A stretch of 64,000 nucleotides of DNA, from NCBI GenBank assembly GCA_030390025.1, contig CM059425.1, positions 176,888,001-176,952,000 on the forward strand. The letters are read 5' to 3'. This DNA comes from Squalus acanthias (Eukaryota). Under the pieces are notes generated by a model. That model had not been told where the DNA came from and did not search any database. It worked only from the letters and a program-made list of their open reading frames with translations. Shown here one piece after another: positions 24,369 to 37,506 of the stretch. Positions within the stretch are counted from its first letter, which is position 1, and each line of letters starts with the position of its first letter. The position numbers and the translations under genes are program-made.

Positions 24369-25182
24369 CAATCTGCTAATACAATATTCACAATCTGATA
24401 ATATGTTGTATTTAGTTTCAGGAACATCTATATATTCTACTTTCATCAGGAACAGGTTAGTATGCTTAGTGACAGTGAAAGAATTAACTACAGACTCTGA
24501 GATGAAGACAAGCCGAGGAGACCATGAGATTGAATCCCAGTCTGAACTGATACTCACACTTGTAATGATCTGATGGATAAGTTGTGGAGAAGTCATAGAT
24601 AAAAGTGAGGAAAGAGGAGCTAGGGATGGACCAGAGGAAATCCCATTATGTATCACTCCAATGATCCTCCTGTTAGGTCAACCAAAGAGCAATACTGACA
24701 GCATCCGTGGGCTGGACTGTCTTGTCCTCTTGACTGAGTAGGACTGCGCAGGGAGTCTTTTGAAACAAATGTGTTATTTTTGGTAACTATTGGGTTTATT
24801 TGTTAAACGTTGCCTACTTGCTTTAGAGTACATTACTTTATACCCGGTCACAACCTGTGGTTTTAAGTAGGAAATTTGGTTTTGAGGCTATAAACTACGA
24901 GATTGTGGTGAAAAGGTGGCTATTTGTTAGAGGTGGAAAAAAAACCACAGAAACAAATCATTGTCCTGATTTTCTACTTTTGTAATTATGGAAAAAATAA
25001 ATTATCCTGTTATCTGATTGGCTTTATGCTTTGGAGTGTTTTTTTTAATCCAGTATAAGTTAGTGCTTCTAATATCAACCCTTGAAATTCTATAATTATA
25101 ACAACTCGCTAAAGACAGGGGGCGGTTTCTGGCTTCAGGTCTGAGCAAAAGAGAGCCGAAGGCAATTAGAGAGTAGTCTCGC

Positions 25183-25672
25183 TACAACAACAACAACAAC
25201 TTGCATTTATATAGCGTGTTTAATGTAGTAAAATGTCCCAATGCGCTTCACAGGAGTGTTATCCAACAAAATTTGACACCAAGCCATATAAGGAGATGTT
25301 AGGACAGGTGACCAAAAATTTGATCAAAGCGGTAGGTTTTAAGGAGCGTCTTAAAGGAGAGAGAGGTAGAGGGGCTTAGGGAGGGAATTTTAGAGCCTAG
25401 GGCCTAGGCAGCTGAAGGTACGGCCACCAATGGTGGAGCGATTAAAATAGGGGATGTGCAAGAGTCCAGATTTGGGGGAACGCAGAGATCTCGGAGGGTT
25501 GTAGGGCTGGAGGAGGTTGCGGAGATATGGAGGGGTGAGGCGGGGCAGAGACGGGCGATGTTACGGAGGTGGAAGTAGGCAATCTTGGCGATGGAGCAGA
25601 TAAGTGGTCGGAAGGTCATCTCAGGGTCAAATCAGACGCCAAGGTTGCTAACGGTTTAGTTCAACCTCAGAC
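25183..25672 (-). mobile_element. L2 LINE 3' fragment
   Basis: AYFHLRNIARL motif; GCTATATAAATGCAAG(TTG)n tail. Confidence 0.82.
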
Positions 25673-26719
25673 ACTACTGCCACAAGCTTCACTCATCAGC
25701 AAGGTTACACATCAGGAAAAGAGGCTGCTTCCACATGCATGAACACGAAATGGGGTCATATTGCATATGTATAAGCAGACCATTTTGGACATGTGTGATT
25801 GAAACTCATTCGGCACATGCACAATCAGACCTTTTTGTGCGTATATGCATCCTTTTTAAATGTGCAGTCTGGTTTTGGCCATACTAGGGTACATACTTGC
25901 TGACCAGATATAGAATCTTAGAAGAAGGATATATGTAATGTAACAATCTCCCAATTATCTATCATCAACCAAAATCTAAAGGCTTGGGGGAAAATAAATG
26001 GACTATTTTAAATTTACCCATTCACTAATTTAATACTGTTAATTTAATGTTAAATGCTTGGGAGAGTTAAGAGGCCCCACAGCCTCGGGGTTAGCTGCAA
26101 ACTAATTAAACTGATCTTCAGTCATTTCTGAACAATTGTGGAAAAACTTAGTAACTTCCTGAGTCTGCTTTAGTTCTTCAGAATAGAACAAGTTGGAGCT
26201 GGTTGATCTACAGTGAGCCAGCCAGTAAAGCACATATTGCAATGTCTGACGTACAAGGTTTCCAATATTTTAGAACTTTTACAATTGTCCTGAGTCCAAA
26301 ACCTATTCATTGTTTTCTTGAATTAAAACAAAAAACTAAAAATAATTCCCTATGCATACAGAACAATAATATTTTTGTCCCAAATTCAATGAAAACATAT
26401 TTTGCATACATGTGAAAACATAATGAAATATTTTGATATCAGGCATCAATGGAGCTATGACTCAGGCAGCACATTCATGAAATTCAGGATTAGAACATAA
26501 AAAGGGTCTGTTGTGTTCTGCCCTAGGACAGGTCCTAACTCAAGTCTCACACACGAGATTCTTGAGCCACCTACTGGGGCAGAGTAGCTGAGGTGGTTTC
26601 TTGTTGCCTTCCTCACTGTTTTTATCTTCAGTGTACCTTCTCCTAGGTGGGCTGCAACCAAAGTTAAACAGCTCCACTAATCCTCTATGATGGGATGGCA
26701 CCCGCACCGATCGGATGGA

Positions 26720-26995
26720 AGTACCCCCGCTGGATGTCAATCTAGTATTCAGAATCGGCACTCTGCTCTTCAGGGCTGTGTGGAGTGAGGCCCGAATCCA
26801 ACCCTTCTGACTCAGAGGCTGGAACACTACCACTGATCTAATGCTCATTCAGTCCAGGCACGAGTACCCCTATGGATGTTAACCCAGTATTTAGAGACCA
26901 CATTCTAGTTTACATTCGCCAGGGCTGTCTGGAGTGGGGCTTGAACCTTTCACCTTCTGACTCAGAGGCTGCCACTAAGCTAAACGCTCACTCCT
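26720..26995 (-). repeat. Tandem pair of tRNA-derived SINE heads
   Basis: Two ~140-bp units, each with GCCTCTGAGTCAGAAGG and a B-box-like GGTTCAAG/GATTCGGG. Confidence 0.55.
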
Positions 26996-27506
26996 ATGGT
27001 ATGAGTGTGTTGCCATTTTGTCAGGCAAAGTAACTGATGGCAGATTGATGACTTGGATTAAGTTTGTTGATTCTGATTCTAAATCTTGTACAAACAAAAA
27101 CTTGAAAAAAGTCACTTCAAAAGGTACAATTAAGTGCTTTATATTATTTGAGGTAATTTCTTGTTATTATTTTCTCTAACTGCCTCTCTTTTGGCAAGAA
27201 GAGAAAAACCTATAAATTTGTAAAATGGATAAGAAAGGGCCCCATTAAAAGAAACATCAAAGCACCTACAAAAATCAATCCTAGGGCAATATTCAAAGCA
27301 CACAATACCTGGCTCAACTGTCAAGAACTGCATAGAGACAACTCAAAACCACCAAGTGTTGTTTATCATTTGATCGATGCTCCTCTGGGACACCTTGAGC
27401 ACGATCATCCACTTTGAAAATAATCAATTTTAATAATTATTTACTACTTTAAAGGGCTAACTATAATTATAACTCAGCGTAAACCTCCTTCTCCCAAAGG
27501 ACATAC

Positions 27507-27800
27507 CTGGAGCAGGCGGCGTATGGAAAGCTACCTCCTTGCTGTAGTCACTGTAGGTAAAATTCTTGCACCCCTTCACTCTGAAGAGGTAGCTACTATT
27601 GGTGTCAAGGTTGGAGATGACTTTACTTGTGCTGTACACGTCCTCAGTGGGCTCCCAGGCACTGTCTCCGCCTTGATCGAGTCTCCTGTATTCCAGCTTG
27701 TAGTGGTCAACGGGAGGGGTGCCATTGGGCTGCTGCCAACAGATGATTCCCTCATCGTACAGCCGGCTTTGCTTCTGGTCGATAAATGGTGCATCTGGAA
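27507..27800 (-). CDS. TRIM36/TRIM46-subfamily exon, fibronectin type III domain
   Basis: VPDAPFID..CW..P..HYKLEYRR..W..YLFRVKG..HTPPAP; acceptor ttccag at 27801, donor G|gtatgt; 294 nt, phase 1-1. Confidence 0.93.
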
Positions 27801-28209
27801 CTGGAACATTAACCACATCTCAGTATTCCACAGATCAGCAAATATATACAGTTTCTATAAATCAATATTCTTAGTAATGGCTTCCAATTAGGCTCTTCGT
27901 TAAACAAGAATCTAAGAAGTAGCTCCATATATTGACTGAAGATAATTAAAGCTTCTTGGAAGATTTCTATCTTAAGGTGCATAAGCATCTAGTATAACTG
28001 GTTTCATCAATGTTAAATTGGAAAAGTAATTTATAAAATGGCAAGATCTAAAATCAGGATCAAATGAAAGATGTAACAGCAAATTCAATTAAAGAGACCT
28101 GATGCTTGGGAAATACACATCAGTATTCATCAGACACAGCAACTGTAACTGGTTTTAGAGCATAAATTGCTGCCCAAGGTTAACAAATGCAAAACAAAGA
28201 GCTTCCTTC

Positions 28210-28480
28210 AATTCCTCCCAATGCCTCAGTGGGTACATTTACTATGTGATGCGGTACTAATCTATTCAGACAATGAAGGTCCCAGGTTTGATCCCTGGTT
28301 TGTGCTGAGTTGGGATGGTGAGCTGGGCTCTAATGGGCTGGGGAAAGGAAAAATCTCACACCTTATCACTATCCAGTGAATCCTGGAGGAAGATATGCAT
28401 CTGTTAACACTGAATGAGAACAGCATCAGACTCAGTCTCATCCTTTTTAGATATCCTGTCAATGCTCACTGTTTTTACCC
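28210..28480 (+). mobile_element. Ancient tRNA-derived SINE remnant (LF-SINE-like)
   Basis: A-box-like CTCAGTGGG and B-box-like GGTTTGATCCC. Confidence 0.5.
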
Positions 28481-29237
28481 TGATCAGTAAGTGGGGGTCA
28501 TCCCGCATTCCCCTCCCCAGCATGTGTACGCTGTCACTGGGCAAAACTCAAGTTAAGAATGGCCATTGAAAACATTAACACAAACAGGGAAACAGTACTA
28601 AGGCCAGTTTGTTTACACAGGGCCCTGATCCCCTGTAGAGGGTGTTTTGACTGATATCCATAAGTAACAGTGTAAAAGCCCACAGATATTTTGTGGGCAT
28701 GTGTAAGTGTAGTGAACGGCGAGCACCATTCATTCACCGCTGTCCGCAAAATCCAGGCCATTAAAGTGGAATTCAAATTGATCTTACCTCCTGCTTTACA
28801 TATTAAGCCTTGGAGAATCATCATGTAAAGGCGCTTATGTTGCATTTTATAATGTTTGATCTTTAAATTTGAGAAAAAGATTCAAGGCCAGTTTCTTTAC
28901 ACAGCGGCTCAGCGCTTGTCCATTTCTTAGGTAGATATTAAGTACCTGAGAAATTATCAATACGATCACAATAATTGTAGGAATGGTGCCACAATCTTGC
29001 AGTTCTTTCAGGCAGCCTATGTTCTTGGAAGAACCAGGAAAAGACTACTCCAAAAACTCTGTTACATTAGCTCATGAGGGTGGGGGCAGAGCGGAGTTCA
29101 TGCTATTTTCTGAAGATGCATCATCCAGAACACTAGCTCTGCCATTGCAGTTTATTGATTTACTAAACAGATTTACTATTGCAGATTTGAACAAATACAT
29201 ACTGACTATATTGTAGCTCCACAACCCTTATAGTAAA

Positions 29238-29450
29238 AGAAAGAATTTGCATTTATATAGCACCTTTCACAACCTCAGGATGTCCCAAAGTGCCTTACAG
29301 CCAATGAAGTACTTTGAAGTGTAGTCTCTGCTGTAATAGAGAAAACACGGCACCAATTTTCACACAGCAAGGTCTCACAAACAGCAAGGAGATAACGAGC
29401 AGATAAACTGTTTTAGTGATGTTGGTTGAGGGATAAATATTGGCCAGCAC
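29238..29450 (-). mobile_element. DeuSINE 3' part
   Basis: Deu domain plus tail. Confidence 0.78.
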
Positions 29451-30352
29451 TTCAATGTCCTCACAGCAATGCTTCATACGCTAACACTTCATTTGATCTT
29501 TCAATTATATAAATGAGCACATGGGCAAAAAATCTAGGGCAAAAAATCTAGCACATCATTTATGTGAAGCATTTAGACTCTGAAATGTAATTTTACAACA
29601 AAAAATGATAATGCAGCAGCTTGAATATCAATTAAAACATGAGAAAGTCAATATCTACCATTGGGCTTTTAGTGGATCTTGACAGTGAACCCATGGCATT
29701 AATATTTTGAAAATGATTCTTACTTAATCAATAATGTGCTATATGAGTATCATTCAGCTCCTGAATTCCAGCTCCAAATGGCACAAAGTGTATCTAAACA
29801 ACATCCTGCCTCAGCAGAAACCATTTCCATGGAGACTGATTCCGGCCTAAAAGCCTCATTTATCATCACTCTTAATGCAGTTATTGATCTATTATAAATA
29901 AGTGATGCCACCCATTAAGCTAACTGCAGACTGCTGGAGTCTTTGTCAAAGTTAACAGAGCCAACAAGGAAAAAAATTTTCCACAGGTGTCAGACACAGA
30001 TGTATTACTGGGCGGGGCGGGTAGTGGAATGTGTAGCCAGGTGGGCTGGCTTCAGTGAAGGGCAAGTGACACCAACTGTGAGCCAAGTTTCCATCAAAGC
30101 CTTTAAGACCCTCCTTAAAATCCTATCTCTTTGACTAAGATTTTAGTCACCCCTCCTAAGTTTGTTGTTGTTAAGGGAGACCATATTTTCCAACTTACCT
30201 TGTGCAATACCAAATATATTAAAAATATTGCGCCTGCACACACTTCCTGTCAACTTTTTCCCTGATAACTTTCTATTTCCACATTTATAATTGAAACTGC
30301 CAATGTAAACTTAATACACTGTAATTGCATTCTCTGTCTAGTGGTGGCACTG

Positions 30353-30501
30353 CATCACCACTGCTGGTGGGAGGGCGTGATTACAGCATGACAAGCTTAC
30401 ATCAACACTGCTGGTGGGAGGGCGTGATTACAGCATGACAAGCTTACATCACCACTGCTGGTGGGAGGGCGTGATTACAGCATGACAAGCTTACATCAAC
30501 A
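30353..30501. repeat. 47-bp tandem repeat x3
   Basis: Unit CATCA(C/A)CACTGCTGGTGGGAGGGCGTGATTACAGCATGACAAGCTTA. Confidence 0.95.
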
Positions 30502-30689
30502 GTATGTGGAACACCACAGGAGATTGACTAGTTAACATAAATCATCATTTATAAATTCAAAAATGATTTGTGCTTGCATTACTGTGTATGGAAATAAAAC
30601 AACTGAGGGTTGTCCACACACAGCAGGTCCCTGATCTTGGGTGTGCCTGAGTGTGGCATCAGACAGAGCTAACAGAGGGATGCACTAAG

Positions 30690-31025
30690 GGACAGAAAGA
30701 AAAGAGATGGGTAAATGGATGTTTTTCTGGTTGGGGGGGATCTGGATAGTGGTGTGTCCCATGGATCTATGCTCTGACTGCCTTTGTTTTCCATTTATAG
30801 AAATTATTCGGACATTGGCACAAGAGTAATGGTATTTCAGTTTGCTGATAATACCAAATTAGGGGGCATCACAAACTTTGGATAAAAATGCAGGGATTGC
30901 AGGAGTCCATACACAGGATAGCAGAATGAGCAGATAGGTGGCAGAAGCAGTTCAGTATGCAGTGGTACATTTTAGGAAATAGAATAGTGAAAGAAAGTAT
31001 ACCCTAAATAGTAAGACTCTTCGAG
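30690..31025 (+). mobile_element. Degenerate CR1 RT fragment
   Basis: TTTGCTGATAATACCAAATTAGG, corresponding to FADDTKLG. Confidence 0.65.
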
Positions 31026-32551
31026 ATACTCCAAGAGGTTGCTGATGTGATGCATTTTAACAGCTGACTTGCTAATACTGACATTAATGCACTTATTAAA
31101 TTATCTAGCAAGTTATTAAAGTGGAATTTAAATTGACCTTAGATCCAGCTTATCTTTTTTACATATTAAGCCTGTGTGAATCATCATGTAAACGAGTTTA
31201 TCATGCATTTTATAATGTTTAATCTGTATATTTTAAATAATGTAATTCTGTGTTAATTAACTTTATTAATAACTAATTAATTATGTTTTACATGCATGCA
31301 AGATCCTGATGTCTTTTAATTAAATAATATTAAATCAGGTTACTTTTTAACTGATTGAAGTCACATCAGTACTACTACTCTAAGTAAATACATTTGGCTT
31401 CACTATTTATGCAAGAAGGCTTTTTAAAGCAAATTTAATGTTCATCAAGGTGAGGAATATTAGTGCTGGGCAATTTCCATCTAAGTACCTACTGTCAGTA
31501 TCAAGTATTCCCAGTTCAGCTACAATACAGTTAGATGCAGAGTAAATCTTCCTTGGCTCTGCCTCTACAATGTACCTCAGTCGAGCACCGGCAATGCACC
31601 AGTGCAACATTGTTCCATTTCCCACAACAGCCATTCCCTGCCCTCTGAGTGAAATTGCCAAATCGGGGAAGTTTTGTGCTGTAGGCCTATGCCTAGAACA
31701 AACTGGGCTGAAACTGACCAAATTCAATTCACATAGAACCATTACAGCCAGTACAGACTTTCATCCAATCAGTCTGGGATGGATTCAGACTTAAGAGGTG
31801 AAACACGTGTGTCTAACTACTGCACTGCCCAGCCCCTTAAGCCGGCATCTGTCTGGTAAGCTGCTTCTGATTTGGTGGCGGGACTTTAAGGAAGGGACCC
31901 ATCGGTAGAAGACGTTGGAGAAATCTAGTTCTACGCAATAAGGTAAAGGGTCCCAACTAACTCCTCTCAGGAACGATGCATTCTGGGTTGTCCCAGCAGA
32001 GATGATGTTACTGGTTTCCACATCTCCACAAAGTAGCCACTGTAGTTCCAGAATGGGAAGGGTGTTAACTTTCTCTTTTTATAATTGTTGCTCTACCTCC
32101 ACCACAGTTGAAGTTTTGTGTTGAATCTGGAACAGTCCCAAATTTAAATGCACTGGATGAATGGCAATACATTTACATCACTGTTACTGTACAGTGAAAA
32201 CACCCTTGTGAAGTTCTGAAGCAACTGGGAATCTAAATAATTTGCAGCAAGGGTTGCAGCAATGGACCGATTTCTATCCCCTGCCAATTTCTACACTTAA
32301 TTAAAACATTTTTGTGGGTCAGATCACTAATTTGCTCTGGGAACAAGCTGACCTACTACCATTGAATGAGATCAAATTCAGTTTGAATCAATAGATCAGA
32401 GCTGAATCTGATCCCGTGTGTAAAGATGATACGTACCAGTGATAAATGATTCAGGGCTGTGATCTCCCACATGACTATACTTTAGAGTAATGCACACAGT
32501 TGAACAAAATCTATCTGAAGCATTGTTCCCAATCTGTGACCAAAACACTTT

Positions 32552-33285
32552 GGCCCAGAAATTCCTGTCAAAATAACGGTGAGGCTAATGGCACTCGCCG
32601 TTATTTATGCGCAAATCACACAGCAACATCAGGTGAGGGCAGATGCAAGGTTAAACACGAAAATCCGGAAGTTGCTGTCAGAGATGTCAGTTAGCTTTGT
32701 GAAAACGGCATCTTGCTGCCTGACTCACCATTCAAATGCATTGAACCGAGTGAAGTTCCTGTGCTTGCACAGCAGATACGAAATAAATTCGCCACAGAAA
32801 AGTCCACTTCAGTCTAAGTACCCTTTTTAACATTGTGATAAGTGTTAATTACTGCCAAACGATCTCTCTGGCACTAAAATTAGCTATTACAAGTGTGGAG
32901 TTTCATTCCTTCAGTTTTTAATTATTGTTGGAGATTTTTTTTTAAACCGTCAATTAATTTTGTTTAACTTTTTCAATGTCTCTATTTTCTCTCCCTCTCT
33001 TAATCCAATGTTTCTTTCTCTCTCTGTACCTGATTTGATATTGAATTCACTATTCTAACTTACACTTCCTGGTTCAGACTCTGCGCTGTTCAGTTCACAA
33101 TCCTTCAATCGGATTGCTTGCCCTGTTCACGCAGATCCTAGATGCCCTGTAGAGGGCGCCGCACCGTTTGCATCTCCCACTTCCAGCAACCTCCAGTGCA
33201 AGGTCTCATGGAAATTAAACGGGCAAGGGCATGTCTAACTAACGATAGGCGCTGTTTGTTCACCGGCTACAGTAAATTCTGTCCC
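32552..33285. mobile_element. PIF/Harbinger-like MITE with TTT TSD
   Basis: TTT|GGCCCAGAAATT...AAATTCTGTCCC|TTT. Confidence 0.78.
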
Positions 33286-33849
33286 TTTAAAATGAGTTAC
33301 TATTTGGTTTAAGACAGCAGTATCAGAAGAGAAGACTGTGACTGGGTAAAGAAAAACCCTAATAAAAATAGATGATCAGAAATTCTCAGAGCAAGCCATG
33401 AATGTAGATTTATAAATGATTAGTGTTCTGGATAAAAATTGCCAGGCAAAAAATGTTCTGCAGGATGGAAACAGAATTTAAAATCAGCTCAAGTTGTAAT
33501 TATGGAAGGAGGGATCAAATTATTGCCAAACAGGATGTTTCTTTAAGGGCAGAAAACAACTGAATATTGCACTTGGAGTTTTTAAAATAGTTTCTGAACT
33601 TGAGGCCACATGAACATCATTTACAGCATACATGTCAAATGTCAACATTTTGATAACCTGTTCCACTTGTCAGTGTTTGCTGACAAAAAATTTGAGCCAA
33701 GTTTGTCTCCCATCAGTGTTGCTCCAACCCAACCCCTCTTGCACTGTGAAGCGATTCTCACTACTATGTAGTTAGGCAGGAATTCTCACAAGAACAGGAC
33801 TACCCATCTACAGGATGCAGCAGGCAGAATCGCTTCCATCAGAAGCAGG

Positions 33850-34450
33850 ACTCAAGCAAATGCAGCACTGAGGGGAGAGGGAAAAGAGGAACGGATGGCA
33901 TTGAATGGGAGGGGGAAGGTAAGAAATGGATGCCAGTGCAGAGGGAAGGGGGGATGCATAGCAATGAAAGGGGTAGTAGCTGGGAGTGGTGTTTGGAGGG
34001 AGGAAGAGGGGAGAAGCTGGAAGTAGTAGTTTGGGGTAGGAGGAAGGAGAGTGCCACTATTAGCTGAGAAGGATGGGGGCGGGGGAGAGCGGGGAGACAC
34101 CCAGCTGGAACTGGGGAGGGACAGAAGAGTACCTGCCTGAGTGGAGGAGACAAATTGTTCCAACTTCAATTTGGGTGTTGAAGAACATTTTAAGCTTGAA
34201 CTGGATTGGAGAGGGAGAAGAGTGCCAGCTGGAACAGTGGATGAAAGAAAGGTGGCAAGTTCAACTGAAGGGAGAGGGAGAAGAGTTCCAGTATGAACTA
34301 GGAGGGTTGGAGGAGAAGGGACTCTCTCTGTAAAGAGATGGGGTGCAGTGTTTCTGTAAAACGGGTCTGAAGGGGTAGAGTATCTGTGAGCTGGGGCGGG
34401 AGGTTTGAATGTGGGATAATGACTGTTGAGGTCACTTTTGGGGAAGTGAT
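33850..34450 (-). mobile_element. Degenerate L2 internal fragment
   Basis: Purine-rich plus strand as expected for antisense L2 endonuclease; motif match is weak. Confidence 0.45.
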
Positions 34451-34598
34451 GGTCTGGTTACTTTATTGAAAATTCAATATCTTTGTTTTCCTTTTTAGAT
34501 CAAAAACCTATTAATTGTAAACTTTAAATGTGCATTATTTAAAAAATAAAAATGGGTAATTTTTATTGTAAAATATCTAAATATTCATAAACCATACT

Positions 34599-34758
34599 GG
34601 GATACATTTTTATATTCACCACCTGGGCAGTAATCTGGCAGCGTGCATCACCCGGCCATTGTAGAACTCACACACTGAAATAAATGGAATGAATAAGAGA
34701 GACGGGTGATTCACTCCGCCAGATTACTGCCCAGGTGGTGCAGATGAAAAGTTACCCC
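34599..34758. mobile_element. Short palindromic MITE
   Basis: Arms CACCACCTGGGCAGTAATCTGGC / GCCAGATTACTGCCCAGGTGGTG; relatives at about 13350-13447 and 48310-48445. Confidence 0.75.
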
Positions 34759-36262
34759 ACTGATTGGCTAGTAGAAGTTGTAAAAGCCACATTATATGCA
34801 CATTACATTAGCCCTAGAGCCAGTGATATGTACTGAGGATTAAAACTGAGCCTGGGGCTCTTCCACAACTCAATGCTATTCTCGAAGAGGAATGTCTAAT
34901 GGAAATACCACCAGCTGCAGATCAATAGTTTCCCAAATGCTGCTTATAATTATGGTGATGCTAGCTCCCCATGTGCAGCCAACTGCAACCTGAAAATAAA
35001 CTTTCCAGGATTCACCAAGGCTGACAGCCAGGTAGATGCAGTTAAAACAGGTCGTTCCAGCCTCTGGCGTCAGTAAATCATAGCAAGTTTACACTCCGAT
35101 TGCAGATGGCTGCACAAGGCTTATGCATGGAGAGCCAGTACTGGTGTGTGTCTTAGTGCAATATAAAAGTAGCTATTGTCAGTTCCAGTCGAGAATCAAA
35201 GTGTTAGATGGGTTTCTGGAAACTAGTTCATCACTTCATATGTAACCCAAGAGTAAATTATTCATGGATAATAATTAGTAGGTCTGGGGCCTTCCTGATC
35301 TTCTATGGGGGAGCAGAGAGAAACTTTTCCCAGAGGACTCCTGAACTGGCTTTTTTTCCTTTCCTGGTAAGTGGGGGGAGTGGGGAAGCATTAAGAGCTG
35401 GTTGGTGCATGGGGATGGAATCAGCCAATGGATGGGTGCAAGCAAGTATGGACCTAATAGCCATTTCCCATTCTGGATATGTAAAATATGAACATAAGCA
35501 TAAATATACACTCCGCAAATCACGGACTGGAGCATTCAGTTTTTAAAAAGTTATCAAAAAATTCTTTGCCAGTTTAATGGTGAACATCTCGCCAATGTTG
35601 TTTGTTACTCTGTGCCATGTGCTGAGGGGGGAGGGGTGTCTCTGTGCCTAATCCCTGGCAGTCTGAGTCTCTGTAGTCCTGATCTTTGGCAGTCGAGCAG
35701 TCTGGTGGTGAATAACAGTCTGTGCTCTGTAGTGGTCCAGAGTGAGAAGAAAGAGAGTATGATCTACAGTTCTTGAGTGATTTAGGAGACTCATGCAGCA
35801 ACCTTTAAAATCTTGTTTTTTTAGTTTGAATTTAAGCTTTGTGAATGTCCAAAGTATAGAATTTCTGAAACCAAACCCGAACACATAGCCATACTGTGAA
35901 TGGACACTGTGAATGCCTGTGTAGACTGAAGTGGAGAATGGTTCTTCCAGCCAGGTTACCTTTCTGTCGGATGCTTTCACATACTCTGTGTAAGTCATAG
36001 TCTGTGCTAATATTTTGTTTTCTTGAATCACACAGAGTGAGGCATGAAGCACAAGCCTGTGCAATAGTACAAGCTGTGTCGTTATGCAAATATTGTAATG
36101 TGGGTAACCGTATAGCCTTATGGAGAAAGAAAAGCACCCATTGTTCTGAAAGGTAAAATTAATGTTTTCTATATACTTCTGTAAAATTAGCTTTAAAAAT
36201 TGAGTTTGGCATTTTTTACAAGTATTTTGGTAGCATGGGCTCAGTTTCTGTATCCTAACCAT

Positions 36263-37506
36263 AGGCCCGGAATCTGCAGTCCAGATGACAGTGAACTGGC
36301 AGGGAAACGGACGAAAACCTCGGCTCTTCCACAGTAATTACACTGTTAATCCCTTTGGGTCTAACCTTTAATGGGGAATTTAGGTGTAACTGGGGTTTTA
36401 ACAGTGTATTGACTGCTAAACAAAGGCTATGGCCCTGAAAAACTAATTTTAATGTAGTGAAGTGTGAAATTTATCCATTTTAATAAAAATAAAAAGAACA
36501 AATTTAAAAATATATATATTTTTTTTTAATTTGTTCATCTTTATTTCAGGTTTGCCTTTTCCCCATGTAAGAGCTCCAATCTTTGTTTTGCTCTCTTTAA
36601 CATTTTTTAAAATAGCGGCTGCGAAATTCGGTAGGTTAGCGCCCGGCCACGGCGAATCCAACGCTGCTCGCGACCTTAAGTGGTGGATAGCGTTAACTGT
36701 TAGCGCCTAGGCCTCTAGTGCCTCTCACATGGTGACGTCAATGCGTGTGCAACGCCCCGTTAACGGCCCCGATGCAAAATTGCCTTTTGCCTCCTGCTTT
36801 AGCGCCTTGTGCCGACAACGCCAGTAAGAGGTGGCGTTGTGCAATCAGAAGTGCGCTGCAGGAGTGGTAATTAAAGGGAATGCTTCTGTATCGCTTGAAC
36901 ATCGCGAAAAAGGCGCTAAATTTTTTACATCTTTTCCTCAAACATCTCCAAATGCTGCACTTTCTGAAAGTGATGGGGGCTGCAATGGCAGTCGCCCAGG
37001 TCGTGTTGAAAAACACCACTGATGACTATGAGTTTATACAGTGTGATTGGCCCTTCTCTTTAAGAGATGGAAGCAGCCTGTGTGATTGAAGAGTGTCAGA
37101 GGTTAGCGCCCTAAGTTAGAAGTGTAGCGCTTGATTTAGTTCTCCACTTCCCTCATGGAGTGCTAACAATGAATTTCACAGGAGTCGACAATGATTAGCG
37201 CCTAATTCTTCAACTTTTAAAGTTTTAGCACCACAAACGGGGCTCTACCGAATTCCTCCTCCTTATAATTTTAAGAGCTTACCTACTTCCTTGTTCGCTG
37301 TCTGTGAGAATTCTGCATTTTTATTGGCTGCTTAGCCAGCTTGTTGACATCACAGCAGCTCGCATTAAGCGCACCCTACTATACTCCATTGATAGGAATT
37401 GAATGTCGGAAAACCCGAACTTCGACACAGAGATCGTGAGATCCTTGTGCGAAACTTACTTCAGGGCCAGAGGTGAACACCTTCGCTTCGCCGCTGACTG
37501 CAAATA
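36263..37506. mobile_element. MITE with a nested MITE (about 36617-37262)
   Basis: Outer ends ..TGCAGTC / GACTGCA..; inner TIR AATTCGGTAG...CTACCGAATT. Confidence 0.62.

Noticed and set aside
24366..24770. Possible SPRY exon with a GTGAGT donor near 24557
   Set aside because: All frames are interrupted by stops and there is no convincing TRIM36/46 SPRY similarity.
26720..26995. tRNA genes
   Set aside because: SINE heads with no full cloverleaf.
28790..28835. snoRNA or SECIS element
   Set aside because: A box C-like motif is present, but there is no properly placed box D or SECIS quartet.
30353..30501. CRISPR-like repeat array
   Set aside because: Contiguous identical units without spacers, in eukaryotic DNA.
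35648..36262. 204-aa minus-strand ORF
   Set aside because: No recognisable domain; it starts at a MITE edge; the candidate acceptors are out of phase with the upstream COS exon.
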